A DNA stretch of 64,000 nucleotides. It comes from Ruditapes philippinarum. Lineage: Eukaryota. Made by a program: the position numbers and the translations under genes. Shown piece by piece: positions 1 to 12,599 of the stretch (position 1 is the stretch's first letter; the number at the start of each line of letters is the position of its first letter). The DNA lies in NCBI RefSeq assembly GCF_026571515.1, contig NW_026862771.1:310001-374000 (forward strand). Reading direction: 5' to 3'. Under the pieces are notes generated by a model. That model worked only from the letters and a program-made list of their open reading frames with translations, searched no databases and had not been told where the DNA came from.

Positions 1-2224
1 ATTTTGGCAATATTTAGTTTCGGAGTTTCTTAATGAGCCTACTTTTAATACGTTACATTTCTTTTCATTTAATTTTAGGCCTGATATTTTATTGAAATCA
101 TCGAGTATTGCAATTAATGTTTCGAAAGATTCTTTTGACCCATCAGTTACAAAGGTTGCATCATCCGCAAATAACACATTTTTAACCTCGATTCCATTTA
201 TGTTTATGCCTTTTATTTTTTCATGTTTACATATACAGTTTGAAAGGAGTTCGATGCATACAATAAATATATACGGAGAAAGTGGACATCCTTGACGTAC
301 ACCTCTATGTATTTTAAAGAAATCTGACATGTGTCCGTTATTGATAACACAGCTTTGTGGGTCATTGTATAAAAGTTTTATCCATTGGATTATTGTATTG
401 CCAAAATTAAAAAATTCCAAAACTTGAAAAATAAAGTTATGGTTGATACTATCAAAGGCTTTTTCAAAGTCTGTAAAAAATAAAAGTGCATCTTGGTCCT
501 TTTTCCCCATTGGTTCTAATACTTCAAATATCGTGCGTATATTTTCTCCAATGTATCTATCTTTAATGAACCCGGATTGATTTTGACTTATGATTAGAGG
601 TAAAACTTTTTTTCATTCTATTTGCTATAACTTTTGCTATTATTTTATAATCAATATTTAAAAGACTAATTGGACGCCAGTTTTCTAATAAAAGAGGATC
701 TTTGTTTGGTTTTGGTAACAGAGTGATGATACTTTGTTTCTGAAGTTCAGTCAAATTTTTAATTTCAAATGAATGTTTAATAGAGTTAATGTAGTAATAT
801 TTTATATCATTCCAAAAGATTTTATAAAATTCGGTTGTTAATCCATCTGATCCAGGACTTTTATTATTATTCATATTTTTTAGAGCTGTTGTAAATTCGA
901 GTTCAGTAAGTTCGCTATCTAGAGATGTCCGTTCTATATCACTTACTTTTGGTATAGTTGAACCTCTTTATAAAGATTTTTATAGAAACGTTTCTGCTGT
1001 TCTATTATTTCATTTTGTTTTGAGATTATTCGGCCACTAATTTCTATTTGAATCATAACCTTTTTTTCAAAGTTTCTTTTTTCTAAATTTGCAAACAATT
1101 TACTATTTTTCTCATTATATTCAACATTTAACGCTTTTGATCTTAATATTATTCCATTTATCTTCTTATCGTAGATTTCGTTTAACTCTTCTTTATGTTT
1201 TTCTATTTCTGACTTGATTTTATCAATATCATTGTTTAAGGAACAAGAACTTAATGTCTGTTCTAAGTTAATTAGTTTTAAATTTATTTCTTTTTCCCTT
1301 TTTTCATCATCTTGTTTGGTTTTACTTGCAAACTTAATAGTTTCGTTTCTAATATTTCCTTTCATTATTTCCCACATTGTATTTGCACCTGCATTTATCA
1401 TAGCGGTTTCTTCAATAATTTTTCGTATAACGTTTTGGTATTCATGTTTAAGTAGTAAACTGTTATTAATTTTAAAGTACCCTTTTCCTTTTGTATGAAT
1501 ATGTGTGTTCATTGATAGTGTAACTCTAGAGTGGTCCGATTTATATCCATTTTCATTTTTACATAGGCAAACAATTATTTCAAAGATTTTCTGAAATTAA
1601 AAAAAAAATCAAGTCTACAGAATATAGCAGGTTTGTCATGTGAATGCCATGTGAACTGATGTTTATGTGGGTTTTTAGTTCTCCAAATATCAAAAAAACG
1701 CTATATTTTTCAATTATGTCCTTAAGTTTTTGTCTGCATTTTTTGTGGCCATCTTTTCTAACCATTCTTTTTGTCTATTTCTGTATCTAAAACAGTGTTG
1801 ATATCACCACCTATTATAATTTTTTCTCTTCATGTTCCAAAATAAATTTATCTAGCTGTTCAAAAAATTGAGATATCATCATTATTTGGTCCATAAATAT
1901 TTATTACTATATATGTGTTCATTGTCTGTTCAAACTCAATTGCTATTAATCTACCATAAACTATTTCTGTATATGTTATCGTTTTTTGCAATCGAATTTG
2001 CTGTTAATTAAGAAGCATACGCCGGCACTATTATTAGTATTTCCACTGAAAAAAGCCCGTCCATCCCAATCTGATGTCCATTTAAGATATTGTTTTGTGT
2101 TTAAATGCGTTTCTTGTAAAAGACATATGTCATACTTTTGTAAATTAAGCCAATAAAAAACCTGCTTCCTTTTCATATAATTTCCCGAACCTCTTACATT
2201 AAAAGTACAAATTTTCATACTCAT
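1..2224 (-). mobile_element. L1/Tx1-clade LINE ORF2 (APE endonuclease + reverse transcriptase), frameshifted, runs off the window
   Basis: MKICTFNVRG...YDICLLQETH (APE start, 1976-2224); HTKGKGYFKINNSLL linker; KSPGSDGLTTEFYK, WRPISLLNIDYKI, DFEKAFDS, RGVRQGCPLSP and FADDATF RT motifs on the minus strand; several frameshifts. Confidence 0.93.
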
Positions 2225-2374
2225 TTCAATTCAGTGTGAAGCTTACGTTCAAAAACAGTAGATGATCTTATATAAAAAAGCTTAAGAGACAAAAACATAT
2301 TGTTGAGTTTACATGTAAAAAATCCATCATGTCGCAAAACATTATCAAACAAAACATCAAAAGCATGTATTTAC

Positions 2375-2398
2375 TCACACACGCACACACACGCACGC

Positions 2399-2438
<40 letters not shown>
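2375..2438. repeat. (CA)n/(TA)n microsatellite
   Basis: Direct reading. Confidence 0.95.
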
Positions 2439-3174
2439 GCATGTGTACAAAATATTAAGTATTTACACATTAAGCACAAACAAATCTTTCTTCAAGGTAT
2501 ACAGAGTGTGAGAAAGAAAATATCTGTACATTTTTCCGGATCTTATATAAAATATTTTTGGAGAATTGCTACTGGTTATAAGGCAAAAAGGTTTCTGAAA
2601 GTTATTTTCCTATTCAGCTTTCAATTTTGTAACTTTTAGCAAAGGAGAAAAAAAACAAAAAAAATTATCGCTATAATGCAAACAAAAATATCATTTTCGA
2701 ACTTATCATTCATTCATTAAGCCAGTTTTGCGTATTTTTTTGGATAAGTACACAACACATAAAAGCATGATTATATTCAGAAACAAAAAAAACATAACAA
2801 CATTTATATGACACGACTATACCTAAGATAGTTTAGTTAATGATATTTATTGATTTCTCCAAGACAAAGACATTAAGTATAATGATAATATATTATTTTT
2901 AAACATACAGTGTTTGTGTATTTTATTGTGTTAACTTAATCTGTAAAAGGTATGGAAGTACAGACGACAGACATATGACTTAAACAATGATTTAGTAATC
3001 ATTGTTGGCCTATTTCTCTCTAATTAAATAACAAGTTTTCAAAAGAATAAGTGTAAAATCTTAATTAAAAAGAGGAAAGAAGTCATCATTTCACCCTTAT
3101 TCTTTATATATTGAAATTATTATATGTGTTACAGCTTAAACAGCCATGGCAGAAAAAGACTTGTTTTTAACATA

Positions 3175-3598
3175 AATATGTATTTTTTGAGCAAGTATTT
3201 TTTACACAAAAAACAACAAAATAATATTCAGTTACAAAAAGCAAACACCATATATATAACTCAATTTTTTACATGTATGTTTTGAGCACACCAAAAAAAC
3301 CTCAACAAATGAATATTCAGTGACAAAAAGCAAACAACATATAATTTATATAACTCAATTTTTTACATGTATGTTTTGAGCAAGTACCTTTTACACACCA
3401 AAAAAACCTCAACAAATGAATATTCAGTTACAAAAAGCAAACACCATATATATAACTCAATTTTTTACATGTATGTTTTGAGCAAGTACCTTTTACACAC
3501 CAAAAAAAACCTCAACAAATGAATATTCAGTTACAAAAAGCAAACAACATATATATAACTCAATTTTTTACATGTATGTTTTGAGCAAGTACCTTTTA
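3175..3598. repeat. Tandem repeat, unit about 90-108 bp, about 4 copies
   Basis: tattcagttacaaaaagcaaacaccatatatataactcaattttttacatgtatgttttgagcaagtacc recurs near 3225, 3313, 3421 and 3524. Confidence 0.9.
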
Positions 3599-3904
3599 CT
3601 ACGGAATCCTATTTCGTCCACAATATTTCGCTAGTAACACGCGATAATTATCGCATCTAAAGGGCGAAATTTAGTACTAAATTTCGCATGTACACATGTT
3701 ATGTGGTATTGTTAGTTTCTTCTGATTGGTCTTTTTCAACTTCCAGCTTGAACACTGTATAAAAACCATTAGGATATGTCGCCTGCCTTTTAAATTTGTC
3801 TTTTGGGGTCTTGTCTGTGATATGCAGGCTTCATTACCTCAGATCCCCTTTAAAATTCCATTTTATTTAAGTCCGCCTATCAATTGTTTTCTCGTTAAGT
3901 GCAC

Positions 3905-4140
3905 ACGTTTCTTTTATTTGGGGATCATACGCAGCTTTTCATGGAATAGCACTACTATCTCACAATGAAGATTCAATTATTACCGCCGTATATGACCACA
4001 TCTGCGGATGTTTTTTACTATTTTCATGTTTAAATTTTGATTCTTCTTAAGCCGGTGCTAGGGGCGTGGACAGTAACTTGCAATTTCCAGTTCTGTTCAC
4101 GAACAGGCTCAATCAAAGCGAGACTGCAACATTTTCAAAT
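3905..4140 (+). repeat. Dispersed repeat family X (core cttaagccggtgctaggggcgtgg...aggctcaatcaaa), long copy
   Basis: Reverse-complement match to 44270-44515; core also near 14864, 21400, 22183, 35635, 45890, 54730, 55010 and 56183. Confidence 0.8.
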
Positions 4141-4204
4141 TTCATTTCCTAGTGTTTTTGCTTTTTTTATGCATTCTTGTTTTCTCTATTTTGAAGTAGC
4201 ATTT

Positions 4205-4700
4205 AGATGATTATTGCCCCAATTGCGCTTTCGGACATAGGTCAAAAGACATTTCATAAGTCAAGTTGAATAATTATAAGTCAACAGGAAGTTCTTGTCA
4301 AAAGGGCAGTTATGTTCCAATATGAAGTAAATCCATTCATTTATAACGAAGATATGGGCAATGTAAGAGAATTTGACCTTCAAGTACAAGGTCATTCAGT
4401 TATCAAGGTCAATTAATTATAGGTCTGCAGGAAAGGCCTTTTCCAAAGGGTTGTTTGTCCAATAAGGTAAGTTCATGCACTTATAAGGAAGTTATGGGCA
4501 CTGTAAGGTTTTTGAGATAAGCTTCAAGTATAAGGTCAGTCAGGGGTAAATGCAACAAAATTATAAGTCAACAGGAAGGTCTAGCTTGTCCAAAGGAGTA
4601 TTGTGTCCAAATTTGAAGTAAATCCATGCACCAATATGGAAGTACTGGCCAATGTAAAAGTTTTGGACGGAGTGTTTTCTCTATTGTTCTTTTTTGGCAG
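4205..4700 (+). mobile_element. Decayed Helentron-associated (HINE-like) non-autonomous element with about 150-bp internal repeats
   Basis: Three imperfect copies of ttataagtcaacaggaag...tgtccaa...gaagtaaatcc...ggcaatgtaa. Confidence 0.5.
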
Positions 4701-5339
4701 GACTAACCAACATGCATCGAGAAAACTAATTTTCTATTCCTAACCTAGATTAGGCTAAGGATCAACAAAATATTTATATACTTTGTTTCTGTTTTATTAC
4801 AATAAAATATGAATAGAAAACACATATCACACTAAAAATATGATATTTTAGTTGCTTTAAAATTTTGGTAGAACTTAACAACATACATCAAAGAAAGTGA
4901 AACTAAACATATAATTATTATACATGTAGATAAAGACCTGATATGGCTTACTTCAGAGTACCGATCGACGGATGTGTAAAATGTGTGTTTTATAAAAAAA
5001 AAGTATATCTTGGAAAGGTCTTTTCAATATCTTTTGAATTTAACACGTTTGAAACATTTTGGCTACATAGTGGAAATAAAATTTCAACATTTTCGATCAA
5101 TTCTAAGTATGTTTTGAATACGGCCAGGAAACTCATTACATCAAATGTAACCGAAATTCTTGTGCATATAGCGCCAATGAATGTTGTCGTGTATGTTTGA
5201 AATTAAAACTTGTTAAAGTGAAGTAATGAATACATACATAACATTGAAATTTAAATCTGTTCCAAATAAAGAAGTAGCACTTGGTGGCACATTCAGAATA
5301 AAAAAGTTTTAACAGGTTTAGTAATTTCATGTGGACAGA

Positions 5340-5531
5340 ACTTAGATAATAGCTATCAACTAAGCACATTTTCACAATGAGGCAAACACTGTTGCTGACC
5401 TGTCGCACGCAATGCCGCAAAAAAACAAGGAAACATAGCAACAGAATGGAATTTCTTGGTCTGTCCATGCATATTGTACATATGTCTAGCTCTACTGGTT
5501 CTAGGTCTGCCCGAAAAGTAATCTGTACCAT
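5340..5531 (-). pseudogene. Decayed RING-HC (C3HC4) finger fragment
   Basis: ELDICTICMDRPRNSILLLCFLVFLRHCVRQVSNSVC, then PHCENVL after restoring one base. Confidence 0.6.
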
Positions 5532-5717
5532 AAAACACTTTAATGAGACTAAAGACGAATTATTTAACTTTCAATACCTTTTTTATTTTATGATCAAAAT
5601 TATTAGTTATGACTGATTTGAGACATTTTATTGTTTTCAGTACATTTTAAAGCACTGTAAATGATTTTACTTTGGCTTTCAAAGTTTTATGATGACTTTG
5701 TGAAGATAAAATGAAGT

Positions 5718-6500
5718 ACAAGAGGGCCATGATGGCCCTGAATCGCTCAGCTAGCTGCTTTAAGGCATAAGGGCAAATACCAGATTTATATTACCCCCAA
5801 ATAGAGGTCTCATTAAGATTGTTGTGTTCAAGTTAGACTAAAATATTCTCATTGATATCAAAGATAGGTGTAAATTTGAAATGTTGACAGTGACGTTCAA
5901 TACTATTTAAAAGTCAAGGTCACCTTCATATGGATTATTTTCAATGTCTTGTCTAAAGGGATTTTATGTACAAATATCAAGTCTAGGGAATACAGGTGTA
6001 ATAATATTATGACAAACGTTTAAGTTTTCAGACGACTACGGTCTGTGGTGTGGTCAGTTTTGCCCCTCGGGCCATGATGTGAACAATCTTAACAGAGATT
6101 TACTTTGCAATGATACTCTTATCAAATATCTTAGCTGTAGCTCCTTTGGTTATAATTATTATAGAAGACCATTTTTGAAAGAAATTCCTATCGGAAATAT
6201 ATGTGACTCTCTGATGTGGTCAGTTTGATCCAAGGGATCATGATTTGAGCAAACGTGGTACTTAGCCGTTAACTAGAAAATGCTACATCCTGGTCTTCTT
6301 GTTCTGGAGAAGAAAATATTTGACGTTTTTCCTGTATAAGTCTATAAACTTACTAAGTGACCCCAAGTGGGACCAATTTGTCCGTATTTTTCGATATAAT
6401 TGGAAATTGTTGCACGTTAATGGACCATTCAACACAAACAAATTCATTTTCGGTGGTTTTAGCACGGACTCCAGTAGCAGTTCAATGTAAAAAAAACTTG
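5718..6500 (+). mobile_element. HINE/Helentron-like non-autonomous element, decayed
   Basis: Starts acaagagggccatgatggccctg (short palindrome), followed by diverged about 160-bp subrepeats (gtggtcagttttgcccctcgggccatgat / gtggtcagtttgatccaagggatcatgat / gtgggaccaatttgtcc). Confidence 0.55.
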
Positions 6501-6944
6501 TTTAAAAAAGTTCTAATTAAAGTACATGTAGATAGAAGATCTCCACTGGTTATATTATGTATCCCATTTCTGATAGTAAGTAAGTCGGAGGAATAAAACT
6601 GCTGAGATTTCTACCACAATCGCAACTACTCGGCCCTTTCCGCCAGTCTTCGGATAAGGATTATTATAGATAATAGCCGAGGCAGTTCCGAATGTTTCTA
6701 CCAGATATCAGTCTTTATCATTGTAGTTCTACTTGCTACGTTCTTGCTTTGTTTCAAATATGATTGTGCATTCTATTTCTATATTGTATCTAAATTTTAA
6801 CATACGTCATGAGTAGGTTGAAAAGCATTTAGAATATTGACTTAAATTAAATACTAGAGCTATCACTAAAGGTGATTCATACCCCAACCGACACATTTTG
6901 TTATATATATATGTGGGGGGTCTTTTGAACACACATATGATGCA

Positions 6945-7860
6945 TTGTCAGGTCAAGCATTAAAGCTATTTTCAAAATGAAACAATACTTACAGAAATTT
7001 ACTTAAATAGATATAAAACATAAAATTGAATTGTTTGACAAGTTAATTAAACCGATTTTATGTTATGGATGTGAAATATGGGGCATGAATAAAGCTGATA
7101 AAATAGAAAATATACATACACATTTTTTGAAAAATATTTTAGGGGTAAAATTACAAACCCAGACTAATTTTGTATACGACGATTTAGGTAGAATGCCTAT
7201 AAAACAACAAAGAATAATACAAGTTTTAAAATTCTAGTTAAAGATAATTAAATGCGATAACGTGAAACTGATTAAACAAACATACAATTTGATGCTTGAA
7301 GATATTGAACGAAACAATGAAACTACTAATTGGGCAACGTCTGTAAGAACAATTCTTGAAAATCTAGGCTTAAAGTATGCATGGATATTTCAAGAAATAG
7401 GAAATGAAAACATTTTATAGCAGAAATCAAGCGAAGACTTGAAGATAATTTTATTCCAACCTGGATGTCTGAAGTTGAAGCTTCACCCAAGGCCGACACA
7501 TATAAACTTTTCGCTACTTTCGGTTTTTCGAAATACATAGAACAAATTAATATCAATAAATACCGAGCTGCTTTAACAAGATTTCGTTTATCGTCACACA
7601 GATTGTATATAGAAACAGGTAGATGGCATAAACCGCATACGAACTCAAGAAATGAACGCAAATGTATCTTATGTAACACACTAGAAGACGAATTTCATTT
7701 TCTTTTAGAATGCGAATTATATAAAGATTTAAGAATTAGATATATAAAACAGTATTTTCGAAAAAGACCGATATTCCAAAGTTTGTTGAACTTCTTTCCA
7801 GCGACCAAAAACAAATAAATACAAATCTTGCCATATACTTATTTAAAGCCACGGATACCG
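6945..7860 (+). mobile_element. RTE-X-like LINE, 3' fragment of ORF2
   Basis: LFDKLIKPILCYGCEIWG and RFRLSSHRLYIETGRW...CILCNTLEDEFHFLLEC, paralogous to 27700-28600; internal stops. Confidence 0.9.
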
Positions 7861-8159
7861 ATCTCTAGAACAAACTTGCACGGCCCGTCGAATTCGAGCG
7901 AACAATGTTCGACTGTATTTGTTTTATTATAATGAGCCAGTGTTATTCCATAGTGCATGATTTGCAATTAAGCAGTGACCAATTTTCAGATTTGGTCATT
8001 TGTTCGTGAACATGCACATTCGAGAACATTATATAATATCTAGGTTTTATTTCAACCCCTACAATATCGTGCAATTCATGTTTATATTGGTATAAAATGT
8101 GAACGATGTGACCTTCACCTTCTAAGAATTGAACAAGTGTCGCATCATTCACAGTTCAA

Positions 8160-8596
8160 GGCTCTATCTGCCGTAAGGTCTGTTTGATACCTCCATCACT
8201 ATCCTACATGTAGACCATACGTACAGTTCTGCGTCCATGCGGGTCCCGGCTAGTAATCTGCCCAGTCGCTTTCGGTGATGGCTTAAAAACTTGAGCATTA
8301 ATTATTTGGCGTAAGGATGTGAAAATTTTCACCGGCATGCAACCGGTACCAAAAGATGTCCAAACGGGTATCGGAGGGTTTTTCACCGTGTCTACTACGG
8401 TGAGATGGCGTTGTACCGGATGTCACAAGAAAATAACTCAGCGCTAAAAACCTCTGGTTACTCGTACGGTCCCTTACCGGTGACTTGACACCGGATCGTC
8501 ACGAGCCGGAGACCTTTAAATTTTCGGCAATTTCAGCCCGTTCAGACACCTTTAACCCATCGTTAACATAATCGGGGTGTAATGTGATGCAGGCTT
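8160..8596. mobile_element. GC-richer fragment, probably one end of a non-autonomous PIF/Harbinger-like element
   Basis: Abrupt GC rise; ends aatgtgatgcaggct, resembling a Harbinger-type terminus; the other end is not seen. Confidence 0.3.
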
Positions 8597-9369
8597 TTAG
8601 GAGTATAGCCACTCTGTTGACAAATCTAACGATCACACTCATTTCAAGTCTGTAAAAGAATGTCATTTTTCTACATTTAATGCTATGACCACTGCTTAAT
8701 TAGGCCATTTTATGTTCGAATGACGTCAAATTGGGGCATAATGTCAGTTAAATATAATTAAACGTATTGATGGAATATATGAAAAAACGGATAATAAATA
8801 ATGAATAAATAAGAATTACAAATTAGCTTCAATTACTATTTTGATATGCTACGCCGAGTGCGTGTTACCATGGTTTTTCAATACCGTAGGAAACACGTGT
8901 TAAGAACAATAAGTTAATGAACTTATGTTCATATTGAAGAAAACAGTTTGCGATCGCTGTACATATAAAAACATTCTAAATTGAATAAAATATGAATATG
9001 CAATACTATTTGTCCTTTTTCTTTTCGAACAACCCTCGTACTTTTTTAATAACACTTCTAGCTGTCATTTACCTTGATGCAGTTTATTTATGGGGAGAAA
9101 CCTCACCCATTGCAAATCTGATAACTATAGATTGGTTCGACTGTTTGCAAAATGATATAGAAAATTTTAAGTAGGAAGGCACGGTTTTATAGGTCCAGAT
9201 GATTATAATGTGGATATCGACTACGGTGAGCATTGATATACCATTGCCAAGTTTTTGGACAAGGGTCGCAACTCATATAGTAATAAATTAATATAAATGT
9301 GCAAAGCTACCCCCCTTAGAATAGCAAGCAGTCGCTGCTAGCTTGATAGATTATTTATTATTGTGAAAT

Positions 9370-9895
9370 GATAAACAATTTTAGTGTTTTCAGCGACTAT
9401 GCTGCTTTAAAGTATGACATTTTGAGTTACGCGGTTAACGTAAATGGTTCCAAAGTATTTAATAGTGAGTATATCAAATTGAGTTATAATGCTAAAGAAT
9501 TATATCGTTCTGGAATAATAGCAAAATTGTCTGTTTTAATTGATATATTATTGAAAATGAAATGTAAATGATGTAAATAGTGTAAATAAAACGGTGAATT
9601 TATTCATGAGTGCTGTGAGAGAAGTGGCAGATCCTCTTTTTGTAATAAAAAACATCGCTGTACATTTCCAAGATTTGATGTATCTGAAATTGATAATTCC
9701 TGTAAATGGTTCGGAATAGACTGTAGGGAAGCAAAACAATTGTACAAAAATGCTCTAAAACAGTTTAATATGTCACATTCAGAGACTAATCGATTAGAAT
9801 TAGTTCAACTTAAAGCTAGGTATAGATATGTGGTTAAGAAAAAGCGTCATTCTTTAAATAAGAGTAAGCCACGTGATTTAAAGTTATTATTGTGA
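9370..9895 (+). mobile_element. RTE-X-like LINE internal fragment (APE-RT linker)
   Basis: VNLFMSAVREVADPLF...WFGIDCREAKQLYKNALKQFNMSHSETNRLELVQLKARYR aligns with the 26095-26502 ORF. Confidence 0.7.
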
Positions 9896-9914
9896 GATAC
9901 CTTTGCACAATTTT

Positions 9915-12091
9915 GGAACTAAGCCTGCCAATAGATGGAGCTAAGCCTACCAAAAGATGGTGCTAAGCCTACCAATACATGGAGCTAAGCCTGCCAATAG
10001 ATGGGGCTAAGCCTGCCAATAGATGGAGCTAAGCCTGCCAATAGATGGAGCTAAGCCTGCCAATAGATGGAGCTAAGCCTGCCAATACATGGAGCTAAGC
10101 CTACCAATACATGGAGCTAAGCCTGCCAATAGATGGAGCTAAGCCTACCAATAGATGGAACTAAGGCAACCAATACATGGAGCTAAGCCTGTCAATCGAT
10201 GGAAACTAAGCCTGCCAATAGATGGAGCTAAGCCTGCCAATAGATGGAGCTAAGCCTGCCAATAGATGGAGCTAAGCCTGCCAATACATGGAGCTAAGCC
10301 TAGCCAATAGATGGAGCTAAGCCTACCAATACATGGAGCTAAAGCCTGCCAATAGATAGAGCTAAGCCTGCCAATAGATGGAGCTAAGCTTGCCAATAGA
10401 TGGAGCTAAGGCAACCAATACATGGAGCTAAGCCTGCCAATACATGGAGCTAAGCCTGCCAATACATGGAGCTAAGCCGACCAATAGATGGAGCTAAGCC
10501 TACCAATAAATGGAGCTAAGCCTGCCAATAGATGGAGCTAAGCCTGCCAATACATGGAGCTAAGCCTACCAATAGATGGAGCTAAGCCTGCCAATACATG
10601 GAGCTAAGCCTACCAATAGATGGAGCTAAGCCTGCCAATAGATGGAGCTAAGCCTACCAATACATGGAGCTAAGCCTGCCAATTCATGGAGCTAAGCCTG
10701 CCAATAGATGGAGCTAAGCCTGCCAATAGATGGAGCTAAGCCTGCCAATACATGGAGCTAAGCCTGCCAATACATGGAGCTAAGTCTGCCAATAGATGGA
10801 GCTTAACCTGCCAATAGATGGAGCTAAGCCTGCCAATAGATGGAGCTAAGCCTGCCAATACATGGAGCTAAGCCTGCCAATACATGGAGCTAAGTCTGCC
10901 AATAGATGGAGCTTAACCTGCCAATACATGGAGCTAAGCCTGCCGATAGATGGAGCTAAGCCTGCCAATAGATGGAGCTAAGCCTACCAATACATGGAGC
11001 TAAGCTACCAATACATGGAGCTAAGCCTACCAATAGATGGAGCTAAGCCTACCAATACATGGAGCTAAGCCTGTCAATAGATGGAGCTAAGCCTACCAAT
11101 ACATGGAGCAAAGCCTGCCAATAGATGGAGCTAAGCCTACCAATAGATGGAGCTAAGCCTACCAATACATGGAGCTAAGCCTGCCAATAGATGGAGCTAA
11201 GCCTGCCAATAGATGGAGCTAAGCCTGCAATAGATGGAGCTAAGCCTGCCAATACATGGAGCTAAGCCTACCAATACATGGAGCTAAGCCTGCCAATAGA
11301 TGGAGCTAAGCCTACCAATAGATGGAACTAAGGCAACCAATACATGGAGCTAAGCCTGTCAATAGATAGAGCTAAGCCTGCCAATAGATGGAGCTAAGCT
11401 TGCCAATAGATGGAGCTAAGGCAACCAATACCTGGAGCTAAGCCTGCCAATACATGGAGCTAAGCCTGCCAATACATGGAGCTAAGCCTGCCTGCCAATA
11501 CATCAAGCTATACATGGAGCTAAGCCTGCCAATACATGGAGCTGCCATAGAAGCTGCCAATAGATAAGCCTGCCAATATAGATGGAGCTAAGCCTGCCAA
11601 TAGATGGAGCTAAGCCTGCCAATAGATGGAGCTAAGCCTGCCAAGCTCCAATAAGATGGAGCTAAGCCTGCCAATAGATGGAGCTAAGCCTGCCAATACA
11701 TGGAGCTAAGCCTACCAATAGATGGAGCTAAGCCTACCAATAGATGGAGCTAAGCCTGCCAATACATGGAGCTAAGCCTGCCAATAGATGGAGCTAAGCC
11801 TACCAATAGATGGAGCTAAGCCTGCCAATAGATGGAGCTAAGCCTGCCAATAGATGGAGCTAAGCCTGCCAATACATGGAGCTAAGCCTACCAATAGATG
11901 GAGCTAAGCCTGCCAATACATGGAACTAAGCCTACCAATAGATGGAGCTAAGTCTGCCAATAGATGGAGCTAAGCCTGCCAATAGATGGAGCTAAGCCTA
12001 CCAATAGATGGAGCTAAGCCTACCAAAAAATGGAGCTAAGCCTACCAATACATGGAGCTAAGCTTACCAATACATTGGAGCTAAGCCTACC
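9915..12091. repeat. 22-bp minisatellite ATGGAGCTAAGCCT(G/A)CCAATA(G/C), about 98 copies
   Basis: Head-to-tail units with no spacers. Confidence 0.98.
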
Positions 12092-12440
12092 ATGCCATCA
12101 AGAATTTAAAATAATGTAGTTTTTGTTGTTATTGATCTCTACTTGTCACTACACATTCCAAATAAAGGAAAGTTATATCTCTTCTTGTTATTCATATTTC
12201 AAATTAAATCACCTGACTTCGATTTCTTACTTCAAACACCACTTTTAAAATGTGCGAAATCAAACAATTTGGTACTTCGAGTGACTACGTTGCGTGCCTT
12301 TAATGTTATGAAACTTTCAGATCACGTTTTATAGTATCAGCGATGCATACTTTTTCGAGACCTGTTAGTTCAGTTTAATGAAAAACTTGCGGAGACAATT
12401 CGAAATTACGTGATCTGGTTTTAATTATAAGTTATATAGA

Positions 12441-12568
12441 TGCATTATTGTATAATAATGCAACTTTTTTGTTCAAATGATTTGTAATTAATCACTCAGG
12501 CCTACGGCCTTCGTGATTATATTACTACGCATTTGAACTCAAACCGTGCATTATTCTACAACAATGCA
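12441..12568. repeat. About 128-bp imperfect palindrome, probably the end of a non-autonomous element
   Basis: tgcattattgtataataatgca...ttcaaatg...aatcac-aggcctacggcct-gtgatt...catttgaa...tgcattattctacaacaatgca. Confidence 0.8.
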
Positions 12569-12599
12569 CTCAGAATTGGTATCTATTTCCTAAATATAA

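Larger units (their letters stand above)
4900..9270 (+). pseudogene. P1: scattered LRR-ectodomain relics of a probable LGR pseudogene, split by many insertions
   Basis: GCVKCVFY...WLHSGNKISTFS (4943-5200); YVHIEENSLRSLYI (about 8920-8965); LSFFFSNNP...WFDCLQNDIENF (8992-9174), resembling LxLxxNxI/L. Confidence 0.4.

Noticed and set aside
2268-2511. Short ORFs with CV/HT repeats (also 54132-54335)
   Set aside because: Translations of microsatellites
3700-3840. Minus-strand frame LHITDKTPKDKFKRQATYPNGFYTVFKLEVE as L1 ORF1 end or a host exon
   Set aside because: Short, no recognisable motif or convincing splice sites; cannot be supported without a search
9915-12091. CRISPR array
   Set aside because: Repeats are contiguous with no unique spacers; eukaryotic context with no cas genes
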